A stretch of 64,000 bases of DNA, from the NCBI GenBank assembly GCA_963813025.1, contig CAWEXO010000008.1, positions 192,001 through 256,000 on the forward strand, read 5' to 3'. A model generated the notes under the pieces. It had not been told where the DNA came from, searched no databases, and saw nothing but the letters and a program-made list of their open reading frames with translations. Shown one piece after another: positions 20,081 to 29,321 of this stretch; position 1 is the stretch's first letter; every line of letters starts with the position of its first letter. Source of the stretch: an uncultured Verrucomicrobiae bacterium (GTDB lineage: Bacteria; Verrucomicrobiota; Verrucomicrobiia; Chthoniobacterales; JAFAMB01). Made by a program: the position numbers and the translations under genes.

Positions 20081-21016
20081 GTGTCATTCCCGCCCGAAAG
20101 AACCTCAAGCAAATCTCTCGCCCTTCTATTCTCGCTTCCCACGGCAATCCTGGTTCGGTACAAGAGGCATGTGCAACCGGTCCCCTCAAGACGCTCCACA
20201 TCATCATTCCATCCGCCGATTTCCCGTTCTCTCCTGTGCCTTTTTCTCACTCTGCTTCTTCTCTCGCCTTTTTACTGGGTCTTGGTGGGCAGTTTCATGT
20301 CGCCCCGCGAACTGTTCGGCTCCGCCTTCCATCTCTGGCCGACGCATCTCGCGCTGCAGAATTGGTCCACCGCGCTCATCCGGCTGCAGCCGCATCTTCT
20401 GAACAGCTTGCTCGTCAGTACTGGGACAGCCGCGCTCACCTTGCTCATTACCGCTCCCGGCGCGTACAGTATCGTCTGGCTGAAGCCGGCCGGGCGCAAT
20501 CTGCTCTTCGCGTTCACCATCACGAGTCAAATGCTTCCGGCCATTGTATTCGTTATTCCGCTTTTTATCTTATTCTCCCGGCTCAACCTGGTGAACAACC
20601 TCTTCGGCCTAACGTTGGCCGACCTCACCTTCACCGTACCGTTTGCGCTCGTGATGCTGCGAGCATACCTCCGGGATTTCCCCTATGAATTGGTCGAAGC
20701 ATCCCTGGTTGATGGCGCCAGCCACATCCAAGCCTTTTTTCGAGTAGTTCTGCCCATTATCCTTCCGGGCCTGGTTACGGTGGCTATTTTCAGCTTCCTG
20801 ATCCCTTGGGGCGACTTGATTTTTGGACTCAGCTTGATCACCGACCCTGGTTTGCAACCCTTAACGGTCGAACTCTACAAGGCCTTCGGCCAGTATGGTA
20901 TCGATTGGAGCTTTCTTTTGCCCGGCAGCGTGCTAACCGCGATTCCCGCCCTGATCTTTGTAACGGCAGCGAGCCGCTTTATTCTGGCCGGACTGACTCG
21001 AGGCGCCTTGAAGTGA
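20081..21016 (+). CDS. Carbohydrate ABC transporter permease (MalG-like)
   Basis: EASLVDGAS EAA loop and multiple TM helices; start uncertain. Confidence 0.9.
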   Translation: MSFPPERTSSKSLALLFSLPTAILVRYKRHVQPVPSRRSTSSFHPPISRSLLCLFLTLLLLSPFYWVLVGSFMSPRELFGSAFHLWPTHLALQNWSTALIRLQPHLLNSLLVSTGTAALTLLITAPGAYSIVWLKPAGRNLLFAFTITSQMLPAIVFVIPLFILFSRLNLVNNLFGLTLADLTFTVPFALVMLRAYLRDFPYELVEASLVDGASHIQAFFRVVLPIILPGLVTVAIFSFLIPWGDLIFGLSLITDPGLQPLTVELYKAFGQYGIDWSFLLPGSVLTAIPALIFVTAASRFILAGLTRGALK

Positions 21017-21963
21017 GTACGCCAGTATCCAACGTACCCCTGCCGGACTTGGCGCTTCGCCAGCGCAACCGCCGTTCGGTCCGGCAACTCCTCCGCGCCC
21101 GGCAAGCCTCCTGGTTAGGATATGCGTTTGCCGCACCCGCTGTTCTCTTTTGTCTGCTCCTGCTCGGATACCCGGTGTTCTACAGCCTTGCTCTCAGTTT
21201 CCGCAATGCGACCGTGGAAACTTTCGTGAGCGGTAACATGCCGTTCAACGGGCTGACACAATATCAGCAAGTGGTAGCGGACCCGGTCTTCTGGAGAGCC
21301 ACCACCAACACCTTGCTGTTTACTGTGCTGAGCATCTTTTTCCAGTTTACCATCGGATTTTTGCTCGCCTTATTTTTTCAGAAAAGGTTCCGGCTGAAAA
21401 ATCTCTGCCTCGCCCTGCTCCTTATTCCGTGGGTCATCCCGGTACTGACCGCCGCCAACATTTTCAAGGGTCTTTTCAACGAAATCGGGCCGATTAACCA
21501 GGTATTGCAAGCCGTCGGTCTGGGCGCAAAGCCTTGGCTGGCGGAGCCCGGATATGCTATCGCGGCCACGATCGTCGCGAATATTTGGATCGGCTTCCCT
21601 TTCAATTTCGTACTGCTCTACGCCGGTATCCGGAACATCCCGCCCGAAATTTACGAGGCTGCGAAGCTTGACGGCGCATCCTACTGGCGACAGGTGTTCC
21701 ATATCACCTTTCCTATCCTCAAACCAGTGACTGTCGCTGTCTTGCTCCTTGGTACCATCTACACCGTCAAAGTGTTCGATCTGGTCTGGATCATGACCGG
21801 AGGCGGCCCTGCAAACGGGACCCATCTCCTCTCGACCTATGCGTACCAGACGGGATTTTCGCTTCTGAATTTCGGGCAAGCAGCCGCGATTGGCACCATC
21901 ATCGTACTTGTCATTCTCTTGCTAAACGCCCTCCAGCTTTTACTGCAAAAAATCAACCGATGA
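21013..21963 (+). CDS. Carbohydrate ABC transporter permease (MalF-like)
   Basis: YEAAKLDGAS, MTGGGP; GTG start overlaps the upstream stop (GTGA). Confidence 0.9.
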   Translation: MSTPVSNVPLPDLALRQRNRRSVRQLLRARQASWLGYAFAAPAVLFCLLLLGYPVFYSLALSFRNATVETFVSGNMPFNGLTQYQQVVADPVFWRATTNTLLFTVLSIFFQFTIGFLLALFFQKRFRLKNLCLALLLIPWVIPVLTAANIFKGLFNEIGPINQVLQAVGLGAKPWLAEPGYAIAATIVANIWIGFPFNFVLLYAGIRNIPPEIYEAAKLDGASYWRQVFHITFPILKPVTVAVLLLGTIYTVKVFDLVWIMTGGGPANGTHLLSTYAYQTGFSLLNFGQAAAIGTIIVLVILLLNALQLLLQKINR

Positions 21964-22082
21964 CGGAACGAAGCTCCCACCCTGAACTGCCTAACGATTC
22001 AGCTACACACTCACTCGACTCCCTGCTAATTTGTCGTTCCTTGTTTTCCTGTCCACGACAATCAACAAAAGACCACAAATCA

Positions 22083-23315
22083 ATGAACAACCCCCGAACA
22101 ACCCTACGCACACCTTGGATTTCTCTTTGCTGTTCTTTCTTGCTCTTGTGTTCCGGCGCCGGTGCCGGCGCCGCCACGACAGTTGAAATCCTCCATTATT
22201 TTAATGTCAAAGGTCAGTTGACTGCTTTGAACGAGATCGCGACAGAGTTCGAGCAGAGCCATCCCGATATTAAGATCCAGTTTACGTACGTTCCGTTCGG
22301 TGAACTAGTGAGTCGAACCCTCCAAACTGCAGCGGTCCACCGGCCGCCAGCAATCTCCTGTATCGATAACCCTGATGTTTTAAGAGTCGCCAAAGCCAAT
22401 ATTCTCGAAGATATCTCCGGGGCAGTCGCCCAGTTCCCGCTCTGGAGCGATCTTTATCCGGGTCCAAAGAGCGCGGTCACTGATGGAGCCAAGACCTTTG
22501 GAGTGCCGATTGGCAGCAACAGCCTTGCTCTTTTTTATAACAAGAAAATGCTCAGCGACGCGGGCATCGCCGAGCCGCCGAAGACCTGGGCGGAACTGAC
22601 TGCGGCGGCGGCGAAACTGACCAAGAGCCCGGTTTACGGCCTGGCTTTTTCGGCCGTGAACACCGAGGAATCCACTTGGCAGTGGGAGCCTTTCCTCTGG
22701 AGTAACGGCGGCACGTTGGCCGATCTCACCTCGCCTCAGGCCAAAGAAGCGCTTCAACTGTGGGTCGATCTGGTCAAGAACGGATCAGTTTCGAAAGACG
22801 CGGTGAACTGGAACCAAGGCGATGTGGCAAATCAATTCATTGGCGGGCATGCCGCCATGATGGTGATGGGCCCGTGGATGCTCGCAGCCGTCAAAGAGAG
22901 CGGTATCGATTTCGGAGTGGTCACGATTCCGGTGCCGAAAGAGGGCGGTAAGCCAGTCGTTCCGCTCGGGGGCGAAGTCTGGTGCGTGCTGAAGACTGAC
23001 AAAGCCGTCGAGGATGCCGCTCTGGAGTTTATCAAGTTCACCCAGGACCCCGACCGGTTGATCAAGCTCTGTCTCACCTTCAACTATGTTTCCTCAGTCC
23101 GGAGCGTTGCCAAAAAACAGGGCGAACAAAACCCGGCACTCCAGCCGTTTGTCTTGCAGATGGATACCGCCCGCGCTCGACCCAGCGAGGGCGGCGCGAA
23201 TTACCCGGCCATCTCGTTAGCTGCCCGCACCGCCATCCAAAAAGCTTTAACAGGTCAGGCCACGGTCGAGGCGGCCTTGGCCGAAGCCGCGGCGAAGATC
23301 AAGACGATTAAATAG
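22083..23315 (+). CDS. Sugar ABC transporter substrate-binding protein
   Basis: Signal peptide, LFYNKKML, PPKTWAEL, MMVMGPW. Confidence 0.9.
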   Translation: MNNPRTTLRTPWISLCCSFLLLCSGAGAGAATTVEILHYFNVKGQLTALNEIATEFEQSHPDIKIQFTYVPFGELVSRTLQTAAVHRPPAISCIDNPDVLRVAKANILEDISGAVAQFPLWSDLYPGPKSAVTDGAKTFGVPIGSNSLALFYNKKMLSDAGIAEPPKTWAELTAAAAKLTKSPVYGLAFSAVNTEESTWQWEPFLWSNGGTLADLTSPQAKEALQLWVDLVKNGSVSKDAVNWNQGDVANQFIGGHAAMMVMGPWMLAAVKESGIDFGVVTIPVPKEGGKPVVPLGGEVWCVLKTDKAVEDAALEFIKFTQDPDRLIKLCLTFNYVSSVRSVAKKQGEQNPALQPFVLQMDTARARPSEGGANYPAISLAARTAIQKALTGQATVEAALAEAAAKIKTIK

Positions 23316-23428
23316 AGAGCAGTTGCGCAGATCTCAGTCAGTTGAGCGGAGGGAGCGGTGGGAGCGGGTTCAGCGGAGGGAGGTAGCGCGAGAGCGCCGA
23401 AGGTTAAAGCTGTGTAGGCCTCAGACAC

Positions 23429-23458
23429 CCTGACTCCTGACTCCCGACTCCCGACTCC
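23429..23458. repeat. Heptamer tandem repeat (CCYGACT)x4
   Basis: CCTGACT CCTGACT CCCGACT CCCGACT immediately upstream of the GH127 start. Confidence 0.75.
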
Positions 23459-23463
23459 TTCCC

Positions 23464-25395
23464 ATGTCTCCGTGGCTCCCCGTCCCTCGTCGCCGTGTCA
23501 CCCTGCACGCCGGCTTTTGGAAAACCTGGTGCGAACGCATTGGCCAGATCACAATCCCTCATCTGCTCAATCAGATGCGGCATCAAGGTCAGGTAGATGC
23601 TCTCGCACTTGACCCGCGCCTGCACCGAGGCCGTGAACTGGCCGATCACTGGTATTGGGGCGGCAGCGTCTTTTGGGATTCTGATCTCGCGAAATGGTTG
23701 GAAGCAGCCTCGTACTGGCTTGAACACCGCAACGACCCGACTTTGGACGCGCAAGTCGATGACGTGATTGTCCGGCTAACGAAAGCGCAGCAGCCGGACG
23801 GTTACCTCAATAGTCATATTCTGACTTGGCGACCAAATCACCGGTTCAAAAATCTGCGAGACCTCCACGAACTCTACTGCGCCGGACACCTGATCGAAGC
23901 CGGTGTTGCCCACTTCGAAGCGACCGGCAAACGCACGCTATTGGATCTTGTCCGGCGCTACGCCGACTACCTGACAACCGTGTTCGGCAAAGACAAACTA
24001 CCTGGGTACTGTGGTCATCCCGAAGTCGAATTAGCTTTGATCCGGCTTTATCGCCTGACCGGAGAACAACGGTACCTGGATCTCTGCCGATTCTTTATCG
24101 AAGAACGTGGTCAATCGCCCAACTATTTCGAGCGTGAAGCAATTAGCCGGATGGACGCAACACCTTTCCGGCCCAACCACCCGGGTTCACCCTACGCTTA
24201 CATGCAAGCGCATATGCCTATCCGGGAACAAACGAAGCTGGTTGGTCACGCGGTTCGGGCCATGTACTTGCTCTGCGCCGTGGCCGACCTCGCGATTGAA
24301 CTTGGCGACGAATCCTTGCGCGAGGCGGCAGAAAGACTCTGGACCGATGCGATTGCCACCAAGCTTTACCTCACTGGCGGGCTTGGCTCTGACGCCGAAA
24401 ATGAAGGATTTACGCGCGACTATGACCTACCCAACGAGAACGCGTACGCCGAAACCTGCGCCTCAATCGGTCTTTTCCTGTTCGCCCATCGCTTGCTCCA
24501 GTTCGGCCCCAACCGCCAATACAGCGATGTCATGGAACTCGCTTTGTACAACAATATTCTGTCCGGCGTCGGATTGGACGGTCGGTCTTTCTTTTACGAA
24601 AACCCGCTCGCCAGCCGGGGCCGGCATCGCAGGATCGGGTGGCCCTGGTGGTGCCCCTGTTGTCCACCGAATCTCGCCCGGCTGCTCTCCTCAATCTCTG
24701 GCTACGTTTTCAGTGAAAGCAAGAACTGTTTCGCCGTTCACCACTATATCAACTGCGAAACAACCATTAGCGGCCACACAGTTCGCCTGACGACCGGATT
24801 ACCCTTCGATGGTCCCACGCAGCTCGTCTTCAAGAGCGCTTTCTCCAATGCTCCGGACGACCAGCATCGATCGGAAACAACCCTTTTCCTTCGCCTTCCC
24901 GCGTGGTCCGCGCGCCCAACGCTCACCCTTAACGGCGACGAACAACCGGTCGAACTCGAGAACGGCTACGCGAAAGTTTCGCGCGCCTGGCAAACAAACG
25001 ACCGCCTCGAAATCGACTTCGATCTACCCATCCGCAAACAGTACGCGCGCTACGAAGTGCAGTCAGACCGGGGCCGATTGGCTCTCAGTCGCGGACCTCT
25101 GATTTACTGCCTGGAAGAAGCCGATAACGGGAAAGACCTGGATACATTCGTGGTTTCCGATCAGGCAGAATTTGCACCGGTCACCGACCCGAACGTCTTA
25201 GACGGGTTACCGGCCGTGGAGGGGCCCGCGTTGCATGAAAGCGTATGCTCCACGGCTCTTTATCAGAGCGCCCCTCCAACAACTGAACCAGCGCGCATTC
25301 TCGCCATCCCTTACTTCGCATGGGCTAACCGCGCTCCCGGCGAGATGCAAGTCTGGCTTCGGCGCGGCTCCGCGGGCGCTGACCGATGTCCCTGA
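23464..25395 (+). CDS. GH127 beta-L-arabinofuranosidase family glycosidase
   Basis: DSDLAKWLEA, HELYCAGH, GHAVRA, YAETCA, CPCCPPN Zn/Cys motif. Confidence 0.92.
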   Translation: MSPWLPVPRRRVTLHAGFWKTWCERIGQITIPHLLNQMRHQGQVDALALDPRLHRGRELADHWYWGGSVFWDSDLAKWLEAASYWLEHRNDPTLDAQVDDVIVRLTKAQQPDGYLNSHILTWRPNHRFKNLRDLHELYCAGHLIEAGVAHFEATGKRTLLDLVRRYADYLTTVFGKDKLPGYCGHPEVELALIRLYRLTGEQRYLDLCRFFIEERGQSPNYFEREAISRMDATPFRPNHPGSPYAYMQAHMPIREQTKLVGHAVRAMYLLCAVADLAIELGDESLREAAERLWTDAIATKLYLTGGLGSDAENEGFTRDYDLPNENAYAETCASIGLFLFAHRLLQFGPNRQYSDVMELALYNNILSGVGLDGRSFFYENPLASRGRHRRIGWPWWCPCCPPNLARLLSSISGYVFSESKNCFAVHHYINCETTISGHTVRLTTGLPFDGPTQLVFKSAFSNAPDDQHRSETTLFLRLPAWSARPTLTLNGDEQPVELENGYAKVSRAWQTNDRLEIDFDLPIRKQYARYEVQSDRGRLALSRGPLIYCLEEADNGKDLDTFVVSDQAEFAPVTDPNVLDGLPAVEGPALHESVCSTALYQSAPPTTEPARILAIPYFAWANRAPGEMQVWLRRGSAGADRCP

Positions 25396-25638
25396 GCAGC
25401 GCATCGAATGGCAAGCCTTCGCGGCCTCAACCCCACTCGCTTGCTCTTTGCCATCCGGATCTTCCAACACGACCTTGCAACCATTCACGCGGACCGCCCG
25501 ATGGCTTCCCTCCTCGCGTCGAAACCTGGCCACCATGTCGGCACCGGTTCTCCGTTACAAACGTTTGGCCCAAAGCCGCGCGGCACTCGTGGAGTACCTC
25601 AATGGACAATGACCGATGGTGTCCGGCCATTGCCCGCA

Positions 25639-26229
25639 CTATCTTTCCACGATCACCCAGATGTTCGTCTGACCGGCCCAGTTAAACAGTTCTTGGGCAT
25701 GCGGCGCTCCCACATGGATGCAACCATGTGACTCGACATTCGGATCACCTTGATGAATCGCTTCTCCGCCGTGATAGAACAGCGAGAACGCCATGTTATC
25801 TTTCCCGGGAAACTCACTGCTGCTGTGATGACGCAATCGGCGAGAAGTCATTTGGAAAACCCCTACCGTCGAGCGAAAACCGGGCCTTCCTCCGATGACT
25901 GGACTAATGTACAGCGCCATTGTTCCATCCACATACGCAGTTAGTTCGCGATCGAACAGATTAACCAGAATACTACGTGCCTGGGGAGCGCTCGGAACAT
26001 CGCCCGCCCCTGGTCCGTCAGCCGGTAATTTGTCGTTTGTGATCGGGCCAACGACTCCATCCACCGAAAGCCCATTCTGAAATTGGAACTCCATCACCCG
26101 AGCCATCGTGAGTGCATCGAAATTCCCATTGCCCGTTAACCGGGGCAACCGGGTCGGACCGACAAAGTTCAGAGCGATCTGTACATTTTCAACAGCTTGG
26201 CCGCTATCGCCATATTTAAGATTTTGCAT
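25639..26229 (-). CDS. L,D-transpeptidase (YkuD) with N-terminal PG_binding_1 domain
   Basis: FQFQNGLSVDGVVGPIT; AIHQG...SHGCIH catalytic motif. Confidence 0.87.
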   Translation of the reverse strand: MQNLKYGDSGQAVENVQIALNFVGPTRLPRLTGNGNFDALTMARVMEFQFQNGLSVDGVVGPITNDKLPADGPGAGDVPSAPQARSILVNLFDRELTAYVDGTMALYISPVIGGRPGFRSTVGVFQMTSRRLRHHSSSEFPGKDNMAFSLFYHGGEAIHQGDPNVESHGCIHVGAPHAQELFNWAGQTNIWVIVER

Positions 26230-26381
26230 AATAAGATCCGAGGTTAACCGCGCCTCTCAAGCGTCGCTATGACCCGTTCGAGTAAGCGCACGGTTTTCTT
26301 GGAATCGCCGTATTCCTTAATTCGAACGAGCCGCGCGTACTTTGGAGTTTGCGATTGCTTCAGGCGATGCTCCGCTACGAC

Positions 26382-27311
26382 ATGCTGACAACTGAAATCG
26401 CCACCGGCCTTTATCACCTCGATCTCGGCTTCGTGAACGTCTACTTCATCGGTGAAAGAGATCACTCCTGGTTCTTGATTGACACCGGCGTGTCCAACAG
26501 CGCCGAAAAGATTCGCGCCGCGGCCCGCGAACGATTCGACAAGACTATACCGTCCGCCATTTTGCTGACGCACGGTCATGCCGACCATTCCGGTTCTGTC
26601 AAGGAACTTGCTCATTTCTGGAATGTCCCGGTCTATGTGCATCCGGCGGAGTTACCATTTTTAAGTGGCTTCGCGACCTATCCTCCACCAGACCCAACGG
26701 TTGGCGGCTTTCTGGCTTTGCTGACCCGGTTGATGCCGGGCAAGCCGCTAGACCTCAGCGATCTATCCCTGCTCAACTACCCTCCAGATGGCATTTGTCC
26801 GGCCGGTCTCCAACAATGGCAATGGATTCATACTCCCGGCCACGCGCCTGGGCAGATCAGCTTGTACCGGAAACGCGATGGCGTATTGATTGTTGGAGAC
26901 GCGCTTGCAACGATGAATCTGGATTGTTTTGCCAGCGTCCTTCGCAAAAGCAAAGCGCTCAGCCGTCCGCCCGCTCCGGTAACCTTTGACTGGGAGGCTG
27001 CCCAGCAATCGGTGAAAAGATTAGCAGCTCTCGGACCAGCAATTGTCGCGGCCGGCCACGGTCAACCGATGTCGGGCGCCGATTTACCCGATAAATTGCA
27101 AACCTTTGCGGAGACGATGCGCCCACCGCGGCGCGGCCGCTATGTACGGAATCCAGCCCGCGTCGATGCCAGCGGCATCACTTATTTGCCGCCCGAGCCG
27201 GCCTCCGCGTTCCGGTCGCCCTGGGTCGCCGTTGCCCTTGCCGGCCTCCTGCTGCTGCTCACTCTTCTGGGCCTTCGGTTTCGCCGGGCTCCGCGACGCA
27301 TTAACGTCTGA
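26382..27311 (+). CDS. MBL-fold metallo-hydrolase with C-terminal TM anchor
   Basis: THGHADH, TPGH, GD, GHG. Confidence 0.88.
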   Translation: MLTTEIATGLYHLDLGFVNVYFIGERDHSWFLIDTGVSNSAEKIRAAARERFDKTIPSAILLTHGHADHSGSVKELAHFWNVPVYVHPAELPFLSGFATYPPPDPTVGGFLALLTRLMPGKPLDLSDLSLLNYPPDGICPAGLQQWQWIHTPGHAPGQISLYRKRDGVLIVGDALATMNLDCFASVLRKSKALSRPPAPVTFDWEAAQQSVKRLAALGPAIVAAGHGQPMSGADLPDKLQTFAETMRPPRRGRYVRNPARVDASGITYLPPEPASAFRSPWVAVALAGLLLLLTLLGLRFRRAPRRINV

Positions 27312-27368
27312 GGAAATCACCTAAACACATGGCCGTTCAGGCGCTTTTTTATTGGTTCGACCTTTGCA

Positions 27369-27766
27369 TCACGGGCTGATCGGCGTGACCGATGGAAAGT
27401 ACGTTCGATAGCGAGCAACGTCACGGGTAAGCAGGGCCATACCTTCAATGGCGGCGTGAGCGCCAATGTAGAAATCAGGCAGCGGCGCTCGTTTCTGGCC
27501 ACCTCGACGACGATATTGGAGGAAGCACTGGGCGGCGAGAAACCGGCGTCGTAGGGGAGCGGCAAACGCTGAAAATTCCCCGGCGAAAGCGCCTCATCCA
27601 GCACCTCGATTGTGAGAAATCCCAAGGAAACTTCTGCGTATATGATCGGGTTGATCGCCAGAACTTCGCGTTCCGCATGATAGACGAGTTTTTCTTCCGA
27701 CCAGGCCGACCACCGTGGATCGGCGGTCAGCACATCGAGCAGCACGCTTGTGTCGACCAGGACCAT
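27369..27766 (-). CDS. vapC: VapC PIN-domain toxin (one-base frameshift near 27540)
   Basis: MVLVDTSVLLD...IIYAEVS. After the shift the other frame reads AAQCFLQYRRRGGQKRAPLPDFYIGAHAAIEGMALLTRDVARYRTYFP, ending at 27369. Confidence 0.85.
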
Positions 27767-27771
27767 TTCGA

Positions 27772-28008
27772 TCAGGTTTCGCTACGCACCAGCTTCAGGA
27801 GTTCGTCTGTCGAACGTTGACCGGATATCTTCCCCCGCAGTTTCTCGACGAGGGCTCGGCCCCGACCGGACGAGCGGCTGGACTTGCGCAGCCGCAGTTC
27901 ATTTCCTTTAGGACTGACCACAAACTCAACCTCGGTATTTGGCAAAAGACCAAACTGTTCTCGAAAACGCTGCGGGATCGTTACTTGGCCTTTCGAGGTA
28001 ATGCGCAT
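27772..28008 (-). CDS. vapB: AbrB/MazE/SpoVT-family antitoxin
   Basis: MRITSKGQVTIP...FGL...EVEF; directly upstream of the PIN gene. Confidence 0.88.
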   Translation of the reverse strand: MRITSKGQVTIPQRFREQFGLLPNTEVEFVVSPKGNELRLRKSSRSSGRGRALVEKLRGKISGQRSTDELLKLVRSET

Positions 28009-28029
28009 TCTTACTCTTACCGGTAGTAC

Positions 28030-29157
28030 TAGTGCCTAATTGCGTAAGTTAGTTATATGTATGGCGACTTTCCCCTGATGTACCTGGGATTTGGTCCATT
28101 CGAAGGGAGCCGCATTGTTATTGTAGTTCTTGATGAAGGTGTCGATGGCGTTGCGCAGCTCTGCCACGCTGGTGAAGTTTGCCCCCTGGAGGGCTTGGCG
28201 GCTCAAGATACTAAACCAGATCTCAATCTGGTTGAGCCAAGAAGCGTGGGTTGGAGTGAAATGAAAATGCACATTGGGGTGAGCCTTCAACCAGCGATCT
28301 TGCTTTGGCTTATGGGTCGCAAGGTTGTCTAAGACCACATGAATTTCTTTGTCGAGATTTCCGGCAACTACCTGGTTCATAAACTCCAGGAATTCCCGTC
28401 GGCGCTGGCGCCGGTAATGACCAGCCTGCACTTGGCCGCTGGCAATGTTGAGGGCGGCAAAGAGAGTGGAGGTGCCATGGCGCTTGTACTCGTGGCTAAA
28501 ACCCGTCAGCGCCCTGCCATTGGGCAAGCGAATCCAACCTTGGGCTCTTTCCAGGGCTTGAATGGCTGGTTTTTCATCAATGGCCAAGATGAGCGCATTC
28601 TGGGGCGGATTGAGATAAAGACCGACAATGTCAGCGGCCTTGCGCACAAACTCCGGATCGGTGGAAATGCACCAGCTGCGGCGCCGTTCCAATTCAATGC
28701 CTTGTTGGCGCAAAATGCGCCAGACTTGATCGGAGGAAACATCGGCCAGACTCTGCGCCAGCAGTCGCCCATTCCAGCGCCCGTAGCCCGCCGGTGGATC
28801 TTCATCCAGCAGCGCCAAGACCCGCTTGACCGTCATTTGATCATACTTGGCCGGCTTTCCACTGCGTGGCGCGTCTTCCAAGCCAGCCAGGCCTTGGCGC
28901 ACAAAGCGCCGCCGCCATTTACTCACCGTCACCTCGGGAATGCGCAGGCTCTTGGCAATCGCACGTCCACTCAAGCCCGCTGCCGCCTTCAAGATAATCT
29001 GACTCCTGACCTTGAGCCGGTGTTCGACCCGTTGCGCTCGACTCCAACCCTCCAAGAGCTTGCGGTTTTCCACAGAAAGTTTGATGCAACCCATTGCCAT
29101 CCATCCAACAAATCATAATTTTTCATAAATATAAAGAACTAAAGCAACTAAGTACTA
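28030..29157 (-). mobile_element. IS630 family insertion sequence with TA target duplication
   Basis: Imperfect TIRs: TAGTGCCTAATTGCGTAAGTTAGTTATAT (left) vs TAGTACTTAGTTGCTTTAGTTCTTTATAT (right, reverse complement); TA within CTAG at both ends. Confidence 0.9.
28036..29100 (-). CDS. IS630 family transposase
   Basis: HTH, AIDEK, EYKRHGT, VLDNLATH, TPTHASWLNQIEIWF. Confidence 0.95.
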   Translation of the reverse strand: MAMGCIKLSVENRKLLEGWSRAQRVEHRLKVRSQIILKAAAGLSGRAIAKSLRIPEVTVSKWRRRFVRQGLAGLEDAPRSGKPAKYDQMTVKRVLALLDEDPPAGYGRWNGRLLAQSLADVSSDQVWRILRQQGIELERRRSWCISTDPEFVRKAADIVGLYLNPPQNALILAIDEKPAIQALERAQGWIRLPNGRALTGFSHEYKRHGTSTLFAALNIASGQVQAGHYRRQRRREFLEFMNQVVAGNLDKEIHVVLDNLATHKPKQDRWLKAHPNVHFHFTPTHASWLNQIEIWFSILSRQALQGANFTSVAELRNAIDTFIKNYNNNAAPFEWTKSQVHQGKVAIHITNLRN

Positions 29158-29321
29158 GTTTCAGTCAACGCTTTCCCGGGTCCGGGAAGCTTAGCCAAAA
29201 TCCGCGAGACGTCTTAGCACACCGATTCCGTCCGTTTGGCAGGCCACAGCCGGCAATCATTCGTGACCAACAGGTCTGCCTGAAAGGGTTGACATCGGAT
29301 GATAGACTAGCCTTTCAAACC

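Noticed and set aside
28339..29118. 259-aa + strand ORF
   Set aside because: Antisense shadow of the IS630 transposase.
29289..29320. Sigma-70 promoter for the SLOG-SLATT gene (TTGACA...TAGACT)
   Set aside because: The spacing is only 8 nt, and there is no -10 at 16-18 nt.
29094..29321. N-terminal extension of the 432-aa ORF
   Set aside because: It starts inside the IS630 end; the recognisable domain begins after ATG 29322.
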